DNA from: an uncultured Methanocellales archaeon
GTDB lineage: Archaea > Halobacteriota > JAWCLZ01
Reading direction: 5' to 3'
NCBI GenBank assembly: GCA_964631075.1
Contig: CAZVYP010000002.1
Location: 1-60,956, forward strand
DNA length: 60,956 nucleotides
Within the stretch, counting starts at the first letter, position 1. Every line of letters begins with the position of its first letter. This document shows positions 45,940 to 54,960 of this stretch, in pieces. Position numbers and translations under genes: made by a program. The notes below the pieces were generated by a model that saw only the letters and a list, made by a program, of their open reading frames with translations, was not told where the DNA came from and made no database searches.

Positions 45940-46533
45940 ATGAAGCAGAAGCAGCTTGAGATTTTGCTTGAGAAAGTAAAAGGCTTTCCAAGACCTCATG
46001 CCTGGAAGGAGCAGTACTTAACGCCTGCTCCCGTTGCAGCTGAGGTTCTGCATTTCGCATATATGCTTGGCGATTTAAAAAGAGTGGTCTACGATCTGGG
46101 ATGCGGCACTGGAATTCTGGCGGTAGGGGCGAAGCTGCTCGGGGCAGAAAAAGTTATAGGTATAGACAGCGATATTAATGCGCTTAATATAGCAAGAGAA
46201 AATGCAAAGCATATGGGCGTTGAAGTGGAGTTCATCGCCTGCGATGTTACCCATGCACAGGGAACCGCAGATACAGTATTGATGAACCCTCCATTTGGCG
46301 CTCAGAAAAAGGGAAGCGATCGTCCATTCTTGAAAAAAGCACTGGAAATCGCTGAGGTGGTATATTCCATTCACAACTCAGGCAGCAAGCATTTCATTGA
46401 AGGATTCATAAGAAATAAAGCAAGAATAACCCACTTTAAGCCACTGCTTTTTCCAATGAAGAGGACATATAGCTTTCATAGAAGAGATGTTGAGCAGATA
46501 GAAGTTGAGCTGTATAGAATTGAGAGGCGATAG
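45940..46533 (+). CDS. METTL5-like / COG2263 putative RNA m6A methyltransferase
   Basis: 197 aa with motif I VYDLGCGTGILAVGA and motif IV LMNPPFG. Confidence 0.8.
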   Translation: MKQKQLEILLEKVKGFPRPHAWKEQYLTPAPVAAEVLHFAYMLGDLKRVVYDLGCGTGILAVGAKLLGAEKVIGIDSDINALNIARENAKHMGVEVEFIACDVTHAQGTADTVLMNPPFGAQKKGSDRPFLKKALEIAEVVYSIHNSGSKHFIEGFIRNKARITHFKPLLFPMKRTYSFHRRDVEQIEVELYRIERR

Positions 46534-46534
46534 C

Positions 46535-47101
46535 ATGCAGAACAAATTCGTTATTCCCGGCGACTTCATAGGTACTTCCGAGGAATTTATAGCCGGCAGT
46601 GGTACTTATGAAGAAAAAGGAAGCATATTTGCAGCGATTACCGGGAATGTAAAAATAAATCCCAGAGAAAGGGAAGTAATCGTAATTCCCAGGACCAATG
46701 TACCACCCATTCCAAAAGTAGGAGACGTGGTAGTTGGCAGAATCGTTGATTTAAAAAACTCAGTTGCACTGGTAGAGATAGCGCGCATAAAGGGCAGAGA
46801 GGATAGAGAAATCGTCAACACAGACGAGGGAGCGATTCACATTTCAAATGTGAAGAGCTCTTACGTTAACGAGCTAGGCAGAGAATTTGCAGTGCACGAT
46901 ATAGTGAAGGCAAAGGTAATCGACACGCGCACAATGCGACTGAGCACAGCAGATAAGCAGCTTGGCGTGGTAAAGGCACTCTGCACCAGATGCAGAAGTC
47001 CACTCAGGCGGAAGGAGAACTCATCCACACTTATCTGTACAAAATGCGAGCGCGTGGAAAACAGGAAAATATCAGAAGATTATGGTCTAGGGATAATCTG
47101 A
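46535..47101 (+). CDS. csl4: exosome RNA-binding subunit Csl4
   Basis: ATG at 46535 (MQNKFVIPGD; the track start 46505 overlaps the previous gene). It has an N-terminal domain, an S1 domain (GDVVVGRIVDLKNSVALVEI) and a C-terminal zinc ribbon (CTRC...CTKC). Confidence 0.85.
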   Translation: MQNKFVIPGDFIGTSEEFIAGSGTYEEKGSIFAAITGNVKINPREREVIVIPRTNVPPIPKVGDVVVGRIVDLKNSVALVEIARIKGREDREIVNTDEGAIHISNVKSSYVNELGREFAVHDIVKAKVIDTRTMRLSTADKQLGVVKALCTRCRSPLRRKENSSTLICTKCERVENRKISEDYGLGII

Positions 47102-47111
47102 AGTGATAAAC

Positions 47112-47393
47112 ATGGAGATAAAAATCTTCTCTAAATCCGAGAGAGAGATCGAGATCGAAATAGGCGGTGAGGGACATACCTTTCTCAATCTTATGAAGTC
47201 CGCATTGCTGCAGGACAAACGCGTGGAAGCAGCCACTTACGATATAGAGCACCCGATGATCAGCGACCCCATATTATATCTCAGAACAGATGGCAGCGAC
47301 CCGGTTGCGGTGCTCAAAGATGCTGCAACGAGCATTGGCAAGCAGTGCGATGAATTCAAAAAGAAATTTACTGGCGCAGCGAGCAAAGCGTAA
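47112..47393 (+). CDS. rpoL: DNA-directed RNA polymerase subunit Rpo11 (L)
   Basis: MEIKIFSKSEREIEIEIGGEGHTFLNLMKSALLQDKRVEAATYDIEHPMISDPILYLRTDG is the classic RpoL pattern. It immediately follows csl4. Confidence 0.88.
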   Translation: MEIKIFSKSEREIEIEIGGEGHTFLNLMKSALLQDKRVEAATYDIEHPMISDPILYLRTDGSDPVAVLKDAATSIGKQCDEFKKKFTGAASKA

Positions 47394-47651
47394 CAGGCGA
47401 GAGCAAATTTAATTATCTCTCCTTATTATTCGGCTCACTGCGATCCTTTTGCTTATTGTCTCTTCCAGTTTCGCTTATTCCAAAGTAAAGAAATAATCCC
47501 ACGTTCTCAAATCTGAACAGCATCGAGTGCAAAAAGGCTTCCATGATCGTTTTCAGTTTTTGCATAACCGACTAACTACCTACATTTATTCTATTATATA
47601 AGGAATTTGTTATAATTATTAATAGATAACGAGGAAAAAACCTTGCCAGTG

Positions 47652-48008
47652 CTACCCGAAGTACTGCTTCAACTTCTCCTCGTTCAGAAGCATTCTTATC
47701 TTGGGTCTGCCGAATGGCATTGACACTTTTTCCTCGCTTATGATTCCTAAATTCTTTAAAAAATCTTTTCTCCTTGAGAATGTTGCTTTGTTTGCGATTT
47801 TATTCTCCTCACCCCACTTTGCAACGTCATAGAACAGTTCCTTGTTTTTGGCTGCTGCAATTAAAGCAGTTGTTACCCTGTCTATCACCATCCGGCGCAT
47901 CATGGTGTATCGGGTATCTTCAAACATTCTATTCATAAGCAAGAAATCTATGATTGTAGCTTCTGACAGATATCCTGCCATCGATTCTACAAAGTCATTT
48001 AATTTCAT
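47652..48008 (-). CDS. hypothetical protein
   Basis: 118-aa ORF with AT-rich intergenic DNA on both sides. No family recognised. Confidence 0.4.
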   Translation of the reverse strand: MKLNDFVESMAGYLSEATIIDFLLMNRMFEDTRYTMMRRMVIDRVTTALIAAAKNKELFYDVAKWGEENKIANKATFSRRKDFLKNLGIISEEKVSMPFGRPKIRMLLNEEKLKQYFG

Positions 48009-48221
48009 ATATTAGCAACAAAGCTCTTATAGATAATAAAAGTTTTGTTTTTTTAAAAATCAACCTCATAATCATAATGATACCTTTCCGCATCTCAAAA
48101 TCTCAATATAATATTAAAATAAATAATAAATTGCTCTCTAAAACTTACAACATCATTTAAACCTCCAATGGGAAAAGAAATGTGGATTGGGAAATCACCT
48201 CCCCTTCCAATCCCAACAAAA

Positions 48222-48380
48222 CTATTTTTGAATCTTCGCACTTATGGGATAGATTTCCATGCATTTTTCACAATAAAGCGAGCCCGTTATAATTTCGCTC
48301 TCGCTCTCTTCTTTAATATCAAGCTTCAAATCGCTGTGGCACAGAGGACAGGCCAGAATATCCATAAGCTCTTTCTTCAT
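48222..48380 (-). CDS. trm112: Trm112-like zinc-ribbon protein (52 aa)
   Basis: Below the track cutoff. My translation is MKKELMDILACPLCHSDLKLDIKEESESEIITGSLYCEKCMEIYPISAKIQK. It matches the Trm112 pattern L.dILaCP.C...L.......l.C..C...YPI, but it ends earlier than the canonical YPIxDGIPxLL. It replaces the spurious + ORF 48168..48437. Confidence 0.6.
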   Translation of the reverse strand: MKKELMDILACPLCHSDLKLDIKEESESEIITGSLYCEKCMEIYPISAKIQK

Positions 48381-48460
48381 TGTCTCCACCCAAATTTTGG
48401 TAATTCCAAATTCCCACCAAGGACACAGGAGTATTAAATGTTACGATTTATTTCCCTTAC

Positions 48461-48964
48461 CTAAATCTCTCCCTTTCCTTTTTTCTCAACATAATACTTC
48501 AGTACTCCAACGTGATAGATGAAAAACTGCTCTGGCTCACTCTCCAGAAGCCTCTTCAACTCCGAAAACCTGACCCACCGCTGCCCCCTCGCATCCCGCG
48601 TGTCCCTCTTCAGCTCACCCTTAGCCCTGCAGACAAACACAAAGCCGAGGTACTTCGAGTCAACCCGCTGCTCTCCGCAAAATGGCACAAAAGCAATAGA
48701 CTTAGCGCCCTCAAACTGGCTTGAGATCTCAACCCCTGGCTTCACCTCAACGATTTCCAGTCCGCACTCCTCACGCACCTCGCGATATAGGGCTTCGAAA
48801 ACACTCTCACCCGCCTCGATCTTGCCGCCGGGAATCTCAAGCTTACCCAAGTTTCCGGGATCTGTCTCGGGCTTCCAGCGCGTTTGAAGCAAAATTTCCG
48901 GCTCTCCTCCGGAAAGCTCGCGCTCGATAATCGCGCTGACAGTGGGAATGGGAAACACATTCAT
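48461..48964 (-). CDS. NUDIX hydrolase
   Basis: 167 aa with the Nudix box GGKIEAGESVFEALYREVREECGLEI. Confidence 0.9.
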   Translation of the reverse strand: MNVFPIPTVSAIIERELSGGEPEILLQTRWKPETDPGNLGKLEIPGGKIEAGESVFEALYREVREECGLEIVEVKPGVEISSQFEGAKSIAFVPFCGEQRVDSKYLGFVFVCRAKGELKRDTRDARGQRWVRFSELKRLLESEPEQFFIYHVGVLKYYVEKKGKGEI

Positions 48965-48984
48965 ACCGAATCTCCAACAAGGAT

Positions 48985-49623
48985 ATGCTTTTAAGTATAG
49001 GATCTATTTGTTATTTATATATGCATACTTCAAAGCAAATGCACATCAAGCCCGAGATCCGCATCCTTGGCATCGACGACTCCCCCCTCATATCGAAAAA
49101 AGTGCTGCTCGTTGGCACTGTTTTCAGGGGCGGTCTGTGGCTCGATGGTATTTTGAAGACCGAGGTTGAGCGAGATGGCCTTGACGCGACGCGGAAAATT
49201 ATTGAGATTACAAGAAATTCGAGGCACTTCGGGCAGGTGCGCGTTATTATGCTCAACGGTGTAACGATTGCGGGCTTCAACGTTGTTGATATTCAGAAAG
49301 TCTTCAGAGAAACAGAGCTTCCGATTATCGCTGTTATGCGCCGTATGCCCGACTTCAGGGCAATAGAAGAAGCGCTCCAAAATCTCAGCAAGCCGAAGAC
49401 GAGGCTCAATATCATAAAACGCGCTGGGGAGATTCGCGAGGTCAAGACTCAGAAGAGAGGCTTACCTGTTTATTTTCAATGCGCGGGAATTGATGTGGAG
49501 AGCGCGAAGGAAATTGTTAAGCTCTCCTCGACGCATAGCCGCATACCCGAGCCCCTGCGTGTGGCGCACCTCATAGCGAGCGCGATGGTGTATGGCGAGA
49601 GCGCGGGTAGATCGAGGGCTTGA
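48985..49623 (+). CDS. DUF99/UPF0215-family protein (endonuclease V-like fold)
   Basis: IRILGIDDSP...LLVGTVFRGGLWLDG...VIMLNGVTIAGFNVVD fits UPF0215. The true start is probably an internal ATG (49039, MHIKPEIRILG). Confidence 0.75.
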   Translation: MLLSIGSICYLYMHTSKQMHIKPEIRILGIDDSPLISKKVLLVGTVFRGGLWLDGILKTEVERDGLDATRKIIEITRNSRHFGQVRVIMLNGVTIAGFNVVDIQKVFRETELPIIAVMRRMPDFRAIEEALQNLSKPKTRLNIIKRAGEIREVKTQKRGLPVYFQCAGIDVESAKEIVKLSSTHSRIPEPLRVAHLIASAMVYGESAGRSRA

Positions 49624-49717
49624 TGAAGAGGAATTTATTTTCTTTTCCAGCAGAAAATTATTATATGTTGAAATAGAAATTAGATCCATCCGGGGGAATT
49701 AGGGAGGTGAAAAATTA

Positions 49718-50158
49718 ATGAATTATAAAGTTCCTTTTGCTATCTTGATACTGGCAATTATTTTTGGCTCTCTGGGATGTGCTGCTCCGCCTGCCTCTAC
49801 GCCGACGCCAACAGCCACACCAACTACAACAGCAGCACCAACAGCAACGCCCACGCCTACGCCGACTCCAACGCCAACTCCTTCGCCGATTGCAACGCCC
49901 ACTGGCAATGTCACGGTAATTTCACTTCGATCGAATCAGATCTTTCCCAGAAATGTAACGATTCAGGCTGGCGATACAGTCAAGTGGTACAATGATGCAA
50001 CTGAGACTTTGACGATTTTGGCGCTGGATGGATCCTGGAGCTCCACTCCGATTGTTGTGATGCAGAATTATACCATGGTATTTTCGACTGCCGGAACCTT
50101 CGAATATAAACTCAAAGAGATTCCATCGTTCACTGGAGTAATAATTGTTACTCATTGA
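49718..50158 (+). CDS. lipobox-anchored cupredoxin-like protein lacking the Cu ligand set
   Basis: 146 aa with a signal peptide and lipobox (GSLGC), a ~40-aa Thr/Pro/Ala linker, then VTIQAGDTVKWYNDA...GTFEYKLKEIPSFTGVIIV. This is a cupredoxin-like strand pattern, but there is no C..H..M where type-1 Cu sites have it. Confidence 0.55.
   Translation: MNYKVPFAILILAIIFGSLGCAAPPASTPTPTATPTTTAAPTATPTPTPTPTPTPSPIATPTGNVTVISLRSNQIFPRNVTIQAGDTVKWYNDATETLTILALDGSWSSTPIVVMQNYTMVFSTAGTFEYKLKEIPSFTGVIIVTH
49792..49900 (+). repeat. low-complexity (Thr/Pro/Ala)n coding tract
   Basis: ACN-CCN codon iteration encodes STPTPTATPTTTAAPTATPTPTPTPTPTPSPIATPT. It generates the antisense GVGV ORF 49723..49914. Confidence 0.8.
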
Positions 50159-50266
50159 AATCTTTATATTTGATCATTTTTTATTGTAGCCTGGTAATTC
50201 GGTATTTGTTTAGGCTAAGAGACATAAGTTCAAACATAATCCGGGGGTGGTTTATTTGCTTTATTG

Positions 50267-50941
50267 TTAAAGCTTCATCGCCTTTTTGAGCAGTTGCTCT
50301 ATATGCTCATTAGCTCTTCTCAATACTTCGTAGCCAAGGAAGCGCTTTTCCTTTAAGAGCTTGTCCATGCTATAGTGAAGTCCCAGGTCGTCGATTATGA
50401 ATAGCCGCGACATTTGAATATCCTCTACGCCTTTCCACTCGAGGTATTCCCACCCTTCTTTGTTGGTGTATGCTGCCTGAAACAGCTCTCTGTCAACAGT
50501 TGTGTCTGCTCTTGTCCACTTATCGCCAACGAAGCACTGGCAGTATATATGGTTGGTAACATCAGTGGTGAGATCGTACAGCTCATCGGTAGCAACAGGT
50601 CGAAGGGCTTCTTTTTTGATTATCATTGATCCATAGCCTGCCGGTATGCCTGTTGCTCTCAGCAGCGCAACCTGGAGGTTTGCTTTGTTTGCGCACATCC
50701 CGCTTTTTCTTTCCAGAGTGGTAGAGGCTCTTATGTTCCAGTGGTCGAAGCGGTATTTTATTTCATCGCGTACATAGTTGAAGATTGCAATTGCTCTTTC
50801 CAGATCATAATTGCAATTAGCCGTCAGATGTCTAGCAAGCTGTATTATCTCCGGGTTATCGCTCTCGCAGTATTCAGTAGGCCTTAGAAATCTTTTATTC
50901 ATTTTCCCCTGGCTTCTATTTCTTTCCAACCGGACATGCAT
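50267..50941 (-). CDS. transglutaminase-like cysteine protease-fold protein
   Basis: 224 aa with a catalytic-type Cys (KSGMCANKANL), a later HIYCQ (His) and RADTT (Asp). The likely start is an internal ATG at 50902 (MNKRFLRP). Confidence 0.7.
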   Translation of the reverse strand: MHVRLERNRSQGKMNKRFLRPTEYCESDNPEIIQLARHLTANCNYDLERAIAIFNYVRDEIKYRFDHWNIRASTTLERKSGMCANKANLQVALLRATGIPAGYGSMIIKKEALRPVATDELYDLTTDVTNHIYCQCFVGDKWTRADTTVDRELFQAAYTNKEGWEYLEWKGVEDIQMSRLFIIDDLGLHYSMDKLLKEKRFLGYEVLRRANEHIEQLLKKAMKL

Positions 50942-51689
50942 TTATGCACTCGAAGCAGTTGTTGAAGTTGCCTATCAGCAGATTTTGCCAGAGCTCCCAG
51001 AGTGTGGGGCTACCTATATGAGCTTTCAGCTCATCGTCCTTCAAACCTGTTGCTTTCATTCCAAATCTTACAACCCCTGGCAAACCGTACTGGAGCGAGA
51101 CCCTCATGCATTTGTTAAGATCCAGAGAGCCGTCTTCCCCTATGGCTCCCGCCGGACAGTTTTTCACGCACTCTTTGCATTCCGTGCAAACTCTATCTTT
51201 GAGGGGCTCATCCGGCTTCAGATCCACATCGGTGAGTATGCTTCCTATTCTCAGACTGGGGCCAAAATCCGGTGATAAGAACAATCTGCTGATTCCTATG
51301 TTGCCCAGACCTGCTGCGGTGGCTGCGCATTTTTGATTTACTTCTCCGTACATTCCCTTTTTTTGCGGGCCGAAATCTACTGGCATATTTGGGGGTATGG
51401 ATACGGCTTTAAAGCCCTTTTCTTTGAGATACATGGTGACTTTATACATTATGGAGTCCAGCTCCTGGTAAGCGCAGATGGAATTATACTGGGCGATTTT
51501 AATGTTTTTAGAGGATATAGCGTCATCGTTTAATCGCTTGGCAATTACGACCAGAGATTTACAGCCAGGAAGTATTGCTTCAATGCTTGTCTTATTTGCC
51601 TTCAGGAACTCTGAATCTGACGGGGCGATTCCCACTAAATCGGCACCCAGAGATTTTGAAAATTCTTTGATCTCGACTTCAACAGACAT
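50916..51689 (-). CDS. QueG/reductive-dehalogenase-like 4Fe-4S protein
   Basis: 257 aa. It has IKEFSKSLGADLVGIA, KCAATAAGLGNIGISRLF and two ferredoxin-type clusters (CTECKECVKNCP and CFECINACP). Confidence 0.6.
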   Translation of the reverse strand: MSVEVEIKEFSKSLGADLVGIAPSDSEFLKANKTSIEAILPGCKSLVVIAKRLNDDAISSKNIKIAQYNSICAYQELDSIMYKVTMYLKEKGFKAVSIPPNMPVDFGPQKKGMYGEVNQKCAATAAGLGNIGISRLFLSPDFGPSLRIGSILTDVDLKPDEPLKDRVCTECKECVKNCPAGAIGEDGSLDLNKCMRVSLQYGLPGVVRFGMKATGLKDDELKAHIGSPTLWELWQNLLIGNFNNCFECINACPVGKK

Positions 51690-51792
51690 TTTTTATCACC
51701 AAACATTTTTGTTTTAGATATGAAGTAGATATGTTAAATAAAGTATTAGTACTATTAAGTTTGAATTTATATCGCAAGTATTCAACGAGAGA

Positions 51793-52188
51793 GTGAATAT
51801 GCATAAGGAAAGTAACAGGGTAAATGCGGGTAAAAAATCCCGTATATCGCAAGCAGATGGAGATGGAACATGTTTGCGCTGCGTTGAGAACGTTATCGAT
51901 ATATTGAGCAAAAAGTGGAGTTTGAAGATAATAAGCGTCTTCAACACCAAAACAAAAATGAGGTTCAAAGAGTTACTGCATGCGCTCTCAGGAATTAGTC
52001 CAAAGACTCTTACAGATAGACTTAGAGACCTTGAGAAAAGTGGCATGATCAGAAGAGAGGTATTTGCCGAAATCCCTCCCAGGGTGGAGTATTCTCTAAC
52101 GGAAGAAGGAACTGAGCTTCGAGATGCAATGATTCCTCTAATTTACTTTGCCATGCGTAAATATCATAGCCAGAAAACTCAAGTTTAA
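51793..52188 (+). CDS. HxlR-family transcription regulator
   Basis: 131 aa. C..C.ENVIDILSKKWSLKII...MRFKELLHALSGISPKTLTDRLRDLEKSGMIRREVFAEIPPRVEYSLTEEG is the HxlR signature. Confidence 0.88.
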   Translation: MNMHKESNRVNAGKKSRISQADGDGTCLRCVENVIDILSKKWSLKIISVFNTKTKMRFKELLHALSGISPKTLTDRLRDLEKSGMIRREVFAEIPPRVEYSLTEEGTELRDAMIPLIYFAMRKYHSQKTQV

Positions 52189-52374
52189 CAAGCTTTTTTG
52201 GTCTTGCTGGCTTTCAGTGTCATCGTATACCACTCTTGATACCGGGGGATTTCGCTTTTTTGAGCTTTTGCCACGGTATTTCCGTCGGGCGGGCATTCCA
52301 TCGCGTGATCGACGCCTCTAATTGCTATTATCAGCCGTGCAGGCGCGGCGGAGAGAGCGGGTGCTTTATATATC

Positions 52375-53187
52375 TCAGGTATCAATTCCCCTCTCCCTTA
52401 GATATTGCTTGACCTCTTTTATCCTGTAGTATCCGTAGTGGAAAATGCTTGCTGCAAGGCATGCATCCGCGCCGTTAATGAACGCCTGGTACATGTGATC
52501 GATGTTTCCCACGCCCCCACTGGCTATGACAGGTATTTTCACCGCCTCAGCTATAGCTTTCGTAATCGGTATGTCATAGCCGATTTTGGTGCCGTCTCTG
52601 TCTTTGCTTGTTAGAAGGATTTCTCCTGCACCTAGCTGCTCGACCTGCTTTGCCCATTCTATTGCGTCGATTCCTGTGAGCTTTTTGCCGCCGTATATCA
52701 CCACATCGTACCATGCTTTGCTTCCATCTTCCAGCGTGATGCTGGTCTTGCCTTTTTTAATTTCAGGTATTCTCTTGCAGTCAATTGCTGATACTATTCG
52801 CTCGCTACCGAATTTCTTCGCTGCCTCTTTGATCAGATTTGGATCTTTTACGCCAGCTGTATTTATGCCGACTTTGCTCGCACCTGCTGATATAATCCTC
52901 TCAACATCTTCAACGCTTTTAATTCCACCGCCGACTGCAAATGGAACGGCCACAACTCCTGCAACTTTTTTCACCACCTCGACCATCGTATCTCTGTTTT
53001 CAATAGACGCGCTTATGTCGAGAAAAACAAGCTCATCTGCACCCTCTTGGGAATATAGCTGCGCCAGATCAACTGGATCACCTGCATAGCGAAGCTGCTC
53101 AAATTCAACACCCTTAACAACAACTGCCTTACCGCTTTGATCGAATTTTGTATCGAGACATGGAATTATCCTTTTTTTACGCGACAT
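52375..53187 (-). CDS. hisF: imidazole glycerol phosphate synthase cyclase subunit HisF
   Basis: 270 aa with RIIPCLD, ADELVFLDI, GGGI, AGASKV and ASGGVG motifs. Confidence 0.95.
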   Translation of the reverse strand: MSRKKRIIPCLDTKFDQSGKAVVVKGVEFEQLRYAGDPVDLAQLYSQEGADELVFLDISASIENRDTMVEVVKKVAGVVAVPFAVGGGIKSVEDVERIISAGASKVGINTAGVKDPNLIKEAAKKFGSERIVSAIDCKRIPEIKKGKTSITLEDGSKAWYDVVIYGGKKLTGIDAIEWAKQVEQLGAGEILLTSKDRDGTKIGYDIPITKAIAEAVKIPVIASGGVGNIDHMYQAFINGADACLAASIFHYGYYRIKEVKQYLRERGIDT

Positions 53188-53228
53188 AATTTCCCTCTCA
53201 CCACGGTCTAAATAATTGCGATAAGTAA

Positions 53229-53669
53229 TTATAACCTTATTCCTTCGATCTCCAGCAATTTTTTCTTTATGCCCACTCCTGCTGAGTATCCGCCTAATTC
53301 GTGGTTCTTGCGCAAAACTCGATGGCAGGGTATTATTACGGGAATCGGATTTCTGGCAAGCGCGTTTCCTACCGCACGCGCTGCTTTCGTGCCTGCCAGC
53401 TCTGAGTAGCTGATTGTCTTGCCGTATGGTATTTTCCGTGCCTCTAGAAGCACAAATTTCTCGAAGCTCGTATGCCCCGATAGATCGACTTGATACCGGG
53501 AAAAAGAGATTTCTTTTCTATTCAGATATTTTTTAAGATCTTCTATAAGAGCGCTTCCAGTTTCCTTTCCCCTTGAAGATCTGCTAAAACCAGCTTCCTT
53601 TATCCAGCCTTCTTCTGTCTCAACGTAAAAAAAATGTCTGAGACGACTGGAGTAAAAAGATTCGATCAT
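53229..53669 (-). CDS. ogt: methylated-DNA-protein-cysteine methyltransferase
   Basis: 146 aa with the active site IPCHRV, preceded by GKTISYSELA and NPIPVIIP. Confidence 0.9.
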   Translation of the reverse strand: MIESFYSSRLRHFFYVETEEGWIKEAGFSRSSRGKETGSALIEDLKKYLNRKEISFSRYQVDLSGHTSFEKFVLLEARKIPYGKTISYSELAGTKAARAVGNALARNPIPVIIPCHRVLRKNHELGGYSAGVGIKKKLLEIEGIRL

Positions 53670-54370
53670 AGCAGGTACCAGTCATAGTTATCGCGCGATT
53701 CCCCGGTAATTCCAACTGTGCGTTTCTTGATTCCATACAGATCGGCAATTGCGTCCGCCAGTTCCTGCAGATACTCTCTCCGGCTCAAGCTTCCGTAAAC
53801 AAAGGCTTTATTTTCGAGCTTATTCCGCTCAAGCGTTTCCTCTTTAGGTACTACCACCACTTCAACGCCGCTGAGTTCGATTGCTTTGAGCATTGCCCTG
53901 CGAAAATCACCTGAGCAGTAGGCAATTCTATATTTATAAAATCTCCCAGTTTTCTCAAGGTATCGTCTCAGCCTCTGACTCTCGATTTCTATGAACTCTT
54001 TTTTAACCTCCGATACGTTGCACCTGCCCAGCATGAAGCTGTAGTTCATAAATGGATATTCCTCGTCAAGCTCTCTCGGAGTAACGCCGCAGGTGCCGAA
54101 TGCAACTATGTGCACTTTTTCCTCAGCGAGCAAGCTGAAAATTATTCTATCATAGGTCTTGTGAGATGGACTTGCATGATAGGGCTTGACTTTTGAACAC
54201 GGGACAAAGATGCAGATTTCTTTTTCAGGCGGTGTATACTTAGTTAGAATCCACTCGTTGGCTCTCACTATATCAGGATGCTTTATCACTCCCTCACCTG
54301 AGAGAGGTTGCTCTGATCGCTCGTTCTCCGGGATTATCATCAAAACATCAGAGAAGGCTGAGACTCTCAA
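53666..54370 (-). CDS. stand-alone ArcS-type (DUF5591) domain protein
   Basis: 234 aa. It contains [15 protein letters not shown], an exact fit to the archaeosine-synthase motif PC-x3-KPY-x2-S-x2-H. It overlaps ogt by 4 nt and the tbp 3' end by 23 nt. Confidence 0.6.
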   Translation of the reverse strand: MRVSAFSDVLMIIPENERSEQPLSGEGVIKHPDIVRANEWILTKYTPPEKEICIFVPCSKVKPYHASPSHKTYDRIIFSLLAEEKVHIVAFGTCGVTPRELDEEYPFMNYSFMLGRCNVSEVKKEFIEIESQRLRRYLEKTGRFYKYRIAYCSGDFRRAMLKAIELSGVEVVVVPKEETLERNKLENKAFVYGSLSRREYLQELADAIADLYGIKKRTVGITGESRDNYDWYLL

Positions 54371-54932
54371 GCTCTTTAACTATTCTCTCAACCGCCGATC
54401 CTGCATCCTGGGGCTTCTTACCGCCTGTTACCACAAGTTTTCCAGATCCAAAGAGCAGCACAACTACCTTTGGCTCATCTATGCGGTATACCAGACCCGG
54501 GAACTGCTCTGGCTCATATTCTATGTTCTCCAGGCCAAGACCGATTGCAATCGCATTCAAATTCAGCTCTGAACCTAAATCAGCAGATGCCACGATATTT
54601 TGAACTGTAATTTCAGGGTGTCCTACCACTTTTATGCCCACAGTCTCCATTTTCTTAAAAACCTTTTTCAATCCCTTATCAACGTCCTCAATGCTCTTTG
54701 CACCGGTGCAAACTATTTTGCCGGATCTGAAAATTAATGCAGCGGTTTTCGGGTCTTTTGTGCGATACACCAAACCCGGGAACTGCTCCGGGTCGTAATC
54801 AGCACCCTCCAGTGCCTGGGTTATATCTTTTAAATCAATTTCCCGCCCAATCGATGTAGAAGCCACGACATTCTCGATCTTGATGGTTGCCTTCGCCTCA
54901 TCAGCTTTAGACATAAATTCATCTCCACTCAA
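54348..54932 (-). CDS. tbp: TATA-box binding protein
   Basis: 194 aa with two direct repeats (IENVVAST...EQFPGLVYR...[14 protein letters not shown], and VQNIVASA...EQFPGLVYR...[13 protein letters not shown]). Confidence 0.96.
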   Translation of the reverse strand: MSGDEFMSKADEAKATIKIENVVASTSIGREIDLKDITQALEGADYDPEQFPGLVYRTKDPKTAALIFRSGKIVCTGAKSIEDVDKGLKKVFKKMETVGIKVVGHPEITVQNIVASADLGSELNLNAIAIGLGLENIEYEPEQFPGLVYRIDEPKVVVLLFGSGKLVVTGGKKPQDAGSAVERIVKELESLSLL

Positions 54933-54960
54933 TAGAAGAAGTATTTAAAGTATATAAAGA

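Noticed and set aside
47394-47651. ~50-aa minus-strand ORF (MQKLKTIMEAFLHSMLFRFENVG...) in the intergenic region after rpoL
   Set aside because: It has no ribosome-binding site, no coupling and no motif support. In AT-rich DNA, short ORFs of this size arise by chance.
49723-49914. 63-aa minus-strand ORF with (GV)n
   Set aside because: It is the reverse complement of the Thr/Pro linker tract of the cupredoxin-like lipoprotein.
52185-52385. 66-aa minus-strand ORF downstream of hisF
   Set aside because: It has no SD, no recognisable motif, and overlaps the hisF stop. It may be real, but I cannot support it.
52586-53089. 167-aa + strand ORF
   Set aside because: It is antisense to hisF.
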